Shown piece after piece: positions 54,133-64,000 of a stretch of DNA of 64,000 nt; position 1 is the stretch's first letter; each line of letters begins with the position of its first letter. A program made the position numbers and the translations under genes. The stretch lies in NCBI RefSeq assembly GCF_001194135.2, contig NC_068989.1, positions 65,620,214 to 65,684,213 on the forward strand, in the 5' to 3' direction. The DNA comes from Octopus bimaculoides (Eukaryota). The notes under the pieces were generated by a model. It was given only the letters and a program-made list of their open reading frames with translations, was not told where the DNA came from and did no database searches.

Positions 54133-54350
54133 TACATATATATACATATATNNNNNNNNNNNNNNNNNNNNNNNNNNNNNNNNNNNNNNNNNNNNNNNNN
54201 NNNNNNNNNNNNNNNNNNNNNNNNNNNNNNNNNNNNNNNNNNNNNNNNNNNNNNNNNNNNNNNNNNNNNNNNNNNNNNNNNNNNNNNNNNNNNNNNNNNN
54301 NNNNNNNNNNNNNNNNNNNNNNNNNNNNNNNNNNNNNNNNNNNNNNNNNN

Positions 54351-54421
<71 letters not shown>

Positions 54422-54985
54422 GTGTGTGTGTCTGTGTGTGTGTGAAGGACTATTTACTTCACATTGTCACCGTGTGACGAAGAACAGGAACTGTATCTAC
54501 AACGCCTGTAGTGTCTAGTTTCATCATCTGTCAAAACCTGTGAAAAGAAACTTTTTTGTTGAAAAATAGAATGTTCACAGTATCGTTAACATGGCTTCAG
54601 GCTACAGTATACTAGAATACTACTTGAATAGCTTAGACTCGATCCATCTCAGGAGCACGAAGAGGCTGATGATGAGCAGGAGATGATAATGTGTCTTAGC
54701 AAACATTCACACCAGAATGAAACACTCAGGTCGAACGAACAGCAGACACGCATGCACCTCGGTACACACATACACGCACATACACAAACACCTGAACACA
54801 CACACAGGCTCACACATGCGTAGACACAAGCATAATGCACATAACAAACATACACGCTAAGTTACCGACATCCAACTTTGTCGCAAGTTTGAATGTCAGT
54901 TTTCGAATAAATGCACGGTAGAGATCTACAACCAGCGTCGAGCATTTCTTTTCTGATACAGTTCTTAAAACACACACACACACGA

Positions 54986-55122
54986 ACACACTCTCACGGA
55001 CACACATACACTCGTGTGATTGTATGTATGCATACATATCTATGTAGAAATATTTGTATTTCAATACGTCTGGTATGTATGTATTTCTATGAATGTGAAT
55101 ATGTAAACATCTGCTTATAATG

Positions 55123-55163
<41 letters not shown>

Positions 55164-55307
55164 CATACACACCATTATAAGCATATGCTTACATATGCAC
55201 GTTCATAGAAATACATACATACCAGACATATTGGAATATATCTATATAAATATATATATGTATGTATGTATATACATGTGTGTATGTGTGCTTGTAGGAG
55301 AGTGTGT
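54986..55307. repeat. Long imperfect inverted repeat (arms of about 138 bp around a 46-nt TA-rich spacer)
   Basis: The inner arms 55057-55124 and 55171-55238 match at 62 of 68 positions as reverse complements (counted by hand). The outer arms are looser. Confidence 0.92.
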
Positions 55308-55355
55308 ATGTATAACTATATTTACATGAGTGTCTGTATCCTCTTTCTCTCTCTA

Positions 55356-55414
<59 letters not shown>

Positions 55415-57137
55415 TATATACATACCAATATACTTATATATATACATATAAATATATATACATATACATATATATNNNNNNNNNNNNNNNNNNNNNNNNN
55501 NNNNNNNNNNNNNNNNNNNNNNNNNNNNNNNNNNNNNNNNNNNNNNNNNNNNNNNNNNNNNNNNNNNNNNNATATATATATATATACATATATGCGTACA
55601 CGCACTCCCGTCAACATAAACGCGGATATAAGTATAGATATATGCATCTGTGTGTGTGTTTGTGTGTGTGTATGTGGTCTTTTGTATTTAGATGTGTTTG
55701 TGTGTGTCTCTTTTTTTTCTTTTTGTCTGAGTATGTATTTAATGCTTCTAGTCGCATTAATATCTGCCGCTCCTACTTTTACATTAGTTTACTTGATCTT
55801 TTTAAAAAGATAACAGCCACATATTGCAAAGTCGCACTAATATGGACGATATTCCAGAACGTTCGTATTCATATGGTAAATATTCCTATCTCACATCTAT
55901 TTCATCTAGACTTGACTTCTACGAAATCTAAAGAATGAAAGATGAGAGTAAGAAGAGAATAATTTCTCAAAGGGAATATCTAAAGAATACAGAAGCGAGA
56001 GAGACGAAGAATCGAGTGAGTTAATGAAATGTAATCTATAGACTATTATCCTTTTATGCTCTTACGAGTTCCAGTCAATGAGTCATTGAACTGTGGCCAT
56101 ACTAGAGCAGCACTGTCTTCAAGGTTATTATTACTTTTATGAATCCCATTATTTTTTTCTGCTACATGTATTGTTGACATTTGAGGGGAAATTTAAGATA
56201 TAATGAACAAGGCATAAAGGAAGATAAAGGGAGGATATCGATACGGATCGTTATGTCAGTTTTTGCCTTGTATTATGCAAAACTATTTTCTCTTTTACAT
56301 ATTTCAGTGTTGGGAGTGGGGCCATTCTGGAGCAAAAACTCAAAGAAATTTTAATCAAGTATTTCGTCTTTATTATAAATTATGGTATTCGTTTTATTAG
56401 TTTGTCTCTATTGAGTGGCCAAATACGAATACTACGTCATGCATGGCTGTGTAAACAGAAAAAATTAGTGAATTTATATAATCGATCTATTTTGGCCAAT
56501 TTCTCGCTCTAGATTCCCGTTTCTTGTACATATGTCAAAGCAAAGAGCACACGATTCAAGTTCTTAACAGCAGTAGATGATTCATATCTATTTCCGTTTT
56601 AGCGTTTACTCAACCTTCGCACATATGTTAAACGGTTGGTAAAAAATACTGTGCTACATTTAAATATTATTGAAAAATATAAGTCTGCAACTTCTTGCTA
56701 CAAGTTTGAATCTAAACCATCTTTAATTGGATTTATCCTTTACAAGACGTTCACTCTTTTATATTCCTATCAATACAAGTTCTTTCTTTTATTGAACGTT
56801 CTACAATGATCCGTGATTATTTTATAATTCATATTTAGGAGAAGGCATCAGTTGACGGACATGACATTGTGTATTCACTTAATGTTATTTTCATTCTCAT
56901 TTAGTATACAGATATATTTGGATAGTTATGTATTATTAATTTCGTTATTTTCTTGTGAAGGATATTGGATTATTAGACTTGTCTTTGGACCTGCAACATT
57001 TATTTTAATATTGCTTAGAAATAGTACGATAATGCCTTTTCGTTGCACAGAACTTTGAGTTGCCAGGATACTGTAGTATTGTAGCTGCAACACGGTGGAA
57101 TGTTTCAAGTCTTCTAAGTTGTTAATCCTATTGCTTC

Positions 57138-57201
<64 letters not shown>

Positions 57202-58007
57202 CAAGCGTATACACACACACACATATGTTTAACGTTATATTTATTGCACAACAACGTGTAGTGTGAGTGATTGGTGGGGGAATTTTCATGATCAATACAA
57301 GGAAATGTGGGTTTAGGAATCGTAGAAAGAACAAAGTGAGCACTGTGAATAAGTGCTTCAATTTATACATTAAACAAGCCCTATGATTATCACAATGGAA
57401 TAGCATTAACGCAGTAATAAAGGAGTTTAACAGCCAAAATGGTGAAAATAATGTAAATTTATCTCATTCGACAGAACAGAATCTTAGTTGCTGATATCTA
57501 AATTCCTTTTGCTAAAAGTCTTATATTCCTTAAGGAATACGACACCACAATTTCAGAGATGTCTTTGACATGCTAGAAACAGTAGCCAGCTAGGCTTCAA
57601 ATAATTGTTTAACTTCTTTTATAAGGTATGTTCCTATAAAACCGGACACGAAAAGAAGAGACACGTTTCATAATTTAATCCTAGATAGACTCTGCTAGAA
57701 AAAAGTAAGGAAAAGATAAGCAATTACTATAAACACATTGATAGCAATAGAATCAATATAATGAAATAGTATGGGGATCATGCCCTGCTATTTCATTACT
57801 GCAAATGATGATTGATTAATGATTTGGAATGGTCGAAGTGCATCAGTTGATGAGCGTCCACGCGCAAGATTTCAGAAATATCAGCACCACTGAATAAACA
57901 ATTCAATAAGAGTGAATGAGGACTCAATAAAAGAGCGTCTAAGCAGTCGTCCAGCCCACTGGAAACAGGTGCTAAAACTTAATCAGACTACACCCTACTG
58001 TCTAAAA

Positions 58008-58373
58008 CAGGGGTTCTCAACCTTTTATTTATCTATGGACCCCTTTGATCACTATTTTAGCCTGGTGGGCCCCAATAGCCATTCGATGTTTAAAAACAAG
58101 ATTTACAGGAACATCTTTCAAAATTCCTATTTTGTTTTTTACATATTAACTTGTGTTGGTTGAACTATGTAAATGTTAGAGAATGAAACCTAGCTGTTAC
58201 TTGCAATACATACCAATCTGCAAAATACATACCATCTAAAGCAAAATATCTCTAAGGGGACCTTAAATTACAACTGGGGAACACAAATATACTATTTTGT
58301 TACGTGGACCCCCCCCCCCCCAATGTTATATGGATCCTCAGGGAACATATTGAACCCCGGTTGAGAACCACTT
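58008..58373. mobile_element. hAT (Charlie-like) MITE, 366 bp, with 8-bp TSD GTCTAAAA
   Basis: Left TSD 58000-58007 then CAGGGGTTCTCAACC; right GGTTGAGAACCACTT then TSD 58374-58381. The TSD fits the NTCTARAN target preference of Charlie-type hATs. Confidence 0.92.
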
Positions 58374-59032
58374 GTCTAAAACATAGAGATACACTAGATA
58401 GTGTAATACGTGCCTAACAGACAAAATGATGAGACAGTCACTTCTAGAACGCAGTAGAACATAATTCTGCCCGACCATGATTGATCTGAGACTGAAAGCA
58501 AAACAAGAACAAGAAAAACACGTTAAACAATTAGACCAGAAATATAAAGAAATTTATCTTAATTCACCCGCGAAGAAGAACAGTTTCAGGGTTCACTGTC
58601 CCGCTTTTAATACCGTTGGATTACACGCTATGCATTTCATATTTGTTCGGTTTGCAATGATCTAAAGCACAGAAAATTGTATTATATAGTCATTGGTACA
58701 GAGTGATGTTGCCTTAGGGACAATACTTCAGGATTTTGTTAAAAAAATATTCTCTCAAAGTCACTTGGCTGTGAGGTAGCCCAAACTACGAAATATGTTA
58801 TAGTGTATAGTGGGTGTAAATGCATATTTAATTAAACTCGGCAAATCTATTGTCACCTGATTATGCGCCTGTGTGAATGCATGGCTGTATGGTTGCGGGC
58901 TTTTTAAATTATGTATTAACGCCGTCGCCGCGCTCTCTCTTTATCTTTCTCCCACTCCCCCTCTCTCTCTCCTTTTCTCGTATGGATATGTGTATGTATG
59001 TTAGTACTTGCCTATATGTCTATGTATATTTG

Positions 59033-59190
59033 AGTGTAGCTTAATTGTTATGGTGTGAAGCTTAAGATCGCAAGATCGTAGATTCGATCCTTGGGGCAAG
59101 TATTACATTGTGTCCTTGACCAATGCATATTATTTCTCGTTGCTCCAACGAAGTCACTTAAAAATAAGTATCAGTCGACCACTGGTGTAA
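59033..59190 (+). mobile_element. Degenerate CORE-type tRNA SINE
   Basis: gtgtagcttaattg..gattcgatcc..cattgtgtccttgaccaatgcatattatttctcgttgctcca. Confidence 0.5.
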
Positions 59191-59896
59191 CACTCGTTTT
59201 CACCAGTTGTTACATTCTTGATATTCCATTGGCTTAAAGATTGGGAAGCCAAGAATGTGTCAGTCTACTTGGGACTGCATGAACACTTAAAAACATGAGC
59301 AAATGTGACAAGCTACCTGACCATAGTTTCTAGCAAGTGAAACGCGTTTTCTTATATATATGTTTGTTTGTTTGTGGGTGTGCATGCGTGTGTGTGTGTT
59401 GTTTCTGTATGAGTGTACGTGTATGTGTGTGTGCGCGCATGTATCTGTGTGTAAGTGCGCAAATTGACATTTACTGGATTATAATGCTAATTTGTTAAAT
59501 TACTCAGAACATCGAGTTACGATATAACAAAGTTGGACTGCAGATGAAGTGGCTTAATAAGATAACTGAATCCAAGCAAAAGACCAAACGCTACATTACA
59601 AATAAACACACCCCAAAATTAACCAATGGAGGGGAGGCGGTGATGAATTTACAACCGTTAATAGGCGTTGAAATGAAAAACTATTAATTAGAAAAGGAAT
59701 TACGAACGTGACATGTTTAATGCATGGAATAAAAAAATGAAGATTGAAGCATAAACACAGTGGCAAATGGCCGTATCAGAATCCTATTGTAAGAGGTATC
59801 GCGTGATGCTACTGATTTGAAGAATTTGTCTGATCTAAATCTCTATGACGACAACATCTGCCCTTTAGAATTTAGCATCGTGCCTAAGATACCGTA

Positions 59897-60358
59897 GGCG
59901 CAGGTGTGACCGTATAATAAGAAATTTGCTTCTCAGCCTCATGGTTCTGTGTTCAGTCCTACTGCATGGCACTTTTGGCAAGTGTCTTCCGCTATTGTCC
60001 TGCGCCGACTAAAACGTCGTGACTGAACATTGTAGACGGAAACTGAAAGAAGCCCGTCAACATGTGGGTGTGTATTTGTATATGTCTGTGTATGCACGCA
60101 CGTGTGTGCGTGTGCGCTGTGGTCGCATGTGCGCGTGTGTTTGCATGCGCGCGTGTGTTTGTATGCACGTCTTTGGGTCTATTTTGTACACAGCACCACC
60201 GTTGTAGTGTGTTTACGTCCCTGCAACTTAGCGATTCGACAAAAGAACGGTAGAGTAAATACCAGGCTTAAAATGGTAAGGGCGATTTATTCAACAAAAG
60301 CATTCTTTAGAGTGATACTGCCGCATGGCCGCGGTTTAATGACTGAAACAAAAGACAG
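59897..60358 (+). mobile_element. Full-length, diverged family B SINE
   Basis: ggcgcaggtgtgaccgtata..gttcagtcctactgcatggcacttttggcaagtgtcttcc..gtagacggaaactgaaagaagcccgtc, a TG-rich tract, gtgtttacgtccctgcaacttagcgattcg..gcatggccgcgg..gactgaaacaa. Confidence 0.88.
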
Positions 60359-61161
60359 ATGATTTAAAAAGGTCTAATGCTCGAAACAAGGCTAACTAAA
60401 TACGAGTTCAAACACATTTCACACAATAAATTGGCCCACATTTTCCTTAGGAGCCGTGACATAACGAAACGTTGACTTCGTATATGGTGGTCTTCAAAGT
60501 AAACGTTCAATACCATATTGTCTCGATTCCAGCATATTGTGTAGAGCTGAAGAATATAAAGAGAATCTTTGTACCATGGAGAGGCTACCATGTCCTTTTT
60601 GTTATAACCCCATTACTCAACCGCTTTTCAGGAGAGATAACGAACTGCAGTCATAGAAAATTTAAGTCGTTCAAATTTTACCAGCCGACCATTTATTTTC
60701 TCACACCAATAACAACGGCTTATATCTCCATATGCATGAGTGCATCTCCTGGTATGTTTAAGCATTAATGTTTATGTTATTCCATTCATTAAACAATTCA
60801 CGTTTTTAATTTATCTCCTAACAAATAGTTTTTCACCTCCACAATTGTTAGCGATTGTATATTCTTCAAGGCGGCCTCCGAATCGATTTTTGTTTGGTTT
60901 CTCATGAGTGTATCAGCTAGCGTGGTTTTGTTCTCTTCCTTTGAGTTTGGTTCCGTTATCGTTTTAACCGAATGTTATTCACATTTCATCTCTGAATCAT
61001 TCTAGTTCAACATTTGTGTGGAGTTTAAGGAAACAACATGTTAATGTCGAGTTTATGAAATAACAATAAAACAAAACAACCCACTTAAACATTTCATGCA
61101 TTGTTTTGAGAGCCTTTTTTGACAATATGAACACACGTATGTGCACACGATCATAAAAACG

Positions 61162-61236
<75 letters not shown>

Positions 61237-61902
61237 TGAAAGAAAAATAGATATATAGAAACAAAGATACAGGCAGCAGACAAACATTGACATATATACA
61301 TACATGCATATATGTTTACATACATATATACATATATACACACATACATAGATGCATACATACAGATGGACAGACGGACGTACAAACCGACAGACAAATA
61401 TACAGACAGATGGATAGATAGAAAGATAGATAGATAGATAAATGGACAGATTGATAAACAGGCAGCCAGACAGACAGACAGACATAAATATAGAGATACA
61501 TATGTAATAGGCATTGTCACATAGCTAGCTAGAGGCGATGGCCTCTTGGAGCTAATCAACGGTGCATTCGTCGTATTTTTCTAGACTGCTTGGCGATAAC
61601 TATTAATACCCAGCACTACTGCCGTAGTCTCCTTTAGAGAGATTTAGAAATAATTATATATATATATATATATATATNNNNNNNNNNNNNNNNNNNNNNN
61701 NNNNNNNNNNNNNNNNNNNNNNNNNNNNNNNNNNNNNNNNNNNNNNNNNNNNNNNNNNNNNNNNNNNNNNNNNNNNNNNNNNNNNNNNNNNNNNNNNNNN
61801 NNNNNNNNNNNNNNNNNNNNNNNNNNNNNNNNNNNNNNNNNNNNNNNNNNNNNNNNNNNNNNNNNNNNNNNNNNNNNNNNNNNNNNNNNNNNNNNNNNNN
61901 NN

Positions 61903-62230
61903 ACACCTTAGCCTTTTCATGGCGTCTGATGTGGCTTTTTAAACCAGACAGTGTTTTGAAAAAACACCCACACAGATTGCACCTCTGATTTGCACTACCA
62001 ATACCTGCAAGTAAGTTCTGCTCATTGTGGATCCTAACATGTCTTTTAAGACCCCCATTGGATTTGCAAACCCTCTGGCACACACCACATTCAAACGTGT
62101 GCACAGACATATAATCAGAATAGCTGGGTGAGGTTTGTTTTCCATGGGTTCGCAGGTGAGATTTGAGGCCAGCCAAGGACAGACATGGTCTGTCACAGAC
62201 TGTGCACACAAAAAGGTCCTTGTCATTCAC
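61903..62230 (-). CDS. Open fragment with three C2H2 zinc fingers, running into a gap; probably the 3' end of an RTE-like LINE rather than a host ZNF gene
   Basis: FVCTVCDRPCLSLAGLKSHLRTH, FECGVCQRVCKSNGGLKRHVRIH and CNLCGCFFKTLSGLKSHIRRH, with no TGEKP linkers. A second decayed copy lies at 33.7-33.9 kb. Confidence 0.75.
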
Positions 62231-62342
62231 CTTCTTTAGAATTTACCTCTATGCGTAATTCATAATTAAAAATCATAATTAAGTGATCTTCCTGTATTTT
62301 CTTTTACCTAAACCAGGAACATTTTAGCACTCACTATATATA

Positions 62343-63627
62343 TTGGGTTGGCAAGAAAGTAATTTCATTTTTCACAAATAGATAGAGTTACGATATTTTT
62401 GAATGACTTTTGCCAATGTTATGATTTATCCGTTTGACATTTGATAGCTTACTTTAGAAGCAAATTGCTTACAACAATTTTTTTACAGCTGTTACGTCAG
62501 TGTCAATACTGACGTGGAGTGCAAAAACGAAAATTTTCGCCAAATTTTGCTTTTCTATTTCCGTAAAGGTAAGAAAGCTGTTGAGACTCACAAATAGATA
62601 TGTAAGATATGTAAGAGATAAGTTAATGGTGTTCATTGCTTAAGAGAACGCACATGTCTGAAATGTTTTTTAAAATTCCGTTCTGGAGATTTTTCACTCA
62701 AAGATGATTAACGTTCTGGTCGATCTACTGATGTTGATGATGACCGAATCGAAACCATAATAGAATCTGTTTGACATATAACTTTTCGAAAAATTGCAGG
62801 GAAGTTAAATGTATGACACACAGCAATTGAAGATCACTTAAAATGTCTAGGACTCGTTAAGAAGCTCCATATTTGGGTTCCACATAAATTGAAAGAGATT
62901 CACTTAACACAACAAATCAATATTTGCAATATGCATCTCGAACACAAGGAAATAGACCTAGGTTTGAAACGAGCGTCATCGGTGATGAGAAAATAGATTG
63001 TCTACAACAACATCAATCGAAAACGATCATGGTCCAAGTGTAATGAACCAACACAAACCACATCGAAATCTGGATTGGATCAAAAAAGGTCATGCTGTCA
63101 ATTTGGTGGGATTACAAAGGTGTTATGGATTTTAGCTGCTTCGAAGGAACCAAACGATCAATTCAGATGTTTACTGTCTACAACTAATGAAAATGAAGGA
63201 AGCAACCCAAGGAAAACGGCCAGAATTGGCAAATCGTAATGGAATACTGGTTCTCTATGATAACGCCGGACCACAAACGCCTTTGCTAACTTGTGAAAAA
63301 TTATTGGAACTGGTTGGCTGGGAATTGATGTCACATCCAACATATATCCCCGTCCTTGCACCATCAGATTACTATTTACTTCAAAGTTTTCAAAATTCTT
63401 TAAATGGTAAAAAACTTTCAATAATGACGAAATCGCACTTGTTTCACTTTTTGGCTGATAAGGACCAAAAGTTCTATGAGCGCGAAATCATAAAGTTGCC
63501 AGAAAAATGACAAAAGGTCATCGAACAAAATGGAAAATATATAATTGATGAAAGTTCATTCTCTCTACGAAAATAAAATTACTTTTATTTCACACTAAAA
63601 ACCGAAGTCACTCCCTTGCCAATCCAT
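62343..63627 (+). mobile_element. Full-length (about 1.29 kb) decayed mariner transposon
   Basis: Left TA|TTGGGTTGGCAAGAAAGTAATTTC and degenerate right TIR GAAGTCACTCCCTTGCCAATCCA. The transposase starts at GTG 62514 (xECKNENFRQILLFYFRKGKKA) and includes WVPHKL at 62874, IGDEK, YDNAGP, HPTYIPVLAPSDYYL and FYEREIIKLPEK. Multiple stops and frameshifts. Confidence 0.95.
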
Positions 63628-64000
63628 CGTGTGTGTGTATACACACACACATACACACACAGACATATGTGTGTGTATATATGTATGTATGTATGAATAG
63701 AATAATATACAGACAGATAGATAGATAGATAGAGAGACAGACAGACAGAGACAGAGACAGAGTGAGAAAGAGAGAGAGAGAGAGAGAGAGAGAAATGGTT
63801 AAACAGTAAAATTTGTAGAAAGAGAGTGAGAGACGCGTACATATTCATAATTATATACTTACATTATAAATATTTCGAAATCTCGAGAGAGTTGAAGTAA
63901 ATTATTCTTTAACTGTGAAAGCCAATGTAAATAAAGCTATAACAGCGCATAGAATATTGTGTTAAAGATGCATGAATGGAACAAAAGGTAGCCCTACCCT

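Larger units (their letters stand above)
1..64000. repeat. Window-wide simple-sequence-repeat landscape: (TA)n, (CA/TG)n, (GA/TC)n, (TATG)n, (TATC)n, (TGTC)n, (ATCC)n; 20 assembly N-gaps, mostly bordered by (TA)n
   Basis: Seen directly, e.g. 1-80, 310-630, 1090-1560, 6830-6930, 8530-9080, 12430-12890, 18860-19030, 33920-34070, 47580-48000, 61160-61500. N-gaps start at 1258, 2746, 4959, 14584, 15456, 19237, 21493, 23631, 24727, 25035, 26565, 33364, 34514, 36425, 37802, 47777, 52022, 54152, 55476 and 61678. Confidence 0.98.

Noticed and set aside
3091-60358. tRNA-like heads with A and B boxes
   Set aside because: All continue into SINE bodies and lack a complete cloverleaf and acceptor stem, so they were not called tRNA genes.
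60790-60970. Protein-like minus-strand frame SKEENKTTLADTLMRNQTKIDSEAALKNIQSL
   Set aside because: No start or splice context and no family recognised.
1-64000. CRISPR array, rRNA, or prokaryotic operon/defence system
   Set aside because: No repeat-spacer array, rRNA motif or gene-dense segment is present. The 38.2-kb tandem repeat has no unique spacers.

Overview
AT-rich eukaryotic genomic DNA with no intact protein-coding gene, rRNA, true tRNA gene or CRISPR array that I can support. The tRNA-derived SINE families, dense (TA)n/(CA)n/(TATG)n/(GA)n arrays and RTE/mariner/Helitron content look like an octopus (coleoid cephalopod) scaffold. That assignment is inferred from recalled repeat families and was not searched. 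There are 20 N-gaps, mostly flanked by (TA)n, and nearly all ORFs in the track are microsatellite artefacts (YI/HT/CV/ER repeats). Real coding signal is confined to decayed transposons: RTE-clade LINEs (6.9-8.5, 30.2-30.4 and 31.4-31.9 kb), a Penelope-like RT (1.7-2.3 kb), mariners (19.5-20.3, 26.4-26.6 and 62.3-63.6 kb) and an internally deleted Helitron (53.4-54.1 kb). There is also a mariner MITE with TA TSDs, a hAT MITE with an 8-bp TSD, and two copies of a C2H2 zinc-finger cassette. The most interesting unexplained signals are five. (1) The triple zinc finger resembles the single terminal finger of RTE LINEs. (2) A three-copy tandem repeat of about 87 nt shows synonymous-type divergence (38.2-38.4 kb). 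(3) A fold-back of about 320 bp is centred on (TA)n (55.0-55.3 kb). (4) A decayed hammerhead-ribozyme core lies at 27.03 kb. (5) Two identically spaced TTGACAG-N6-CTGTTAA palindromes lie at 0.69-0.79 kb. I found no convincing novel multi-gene system.
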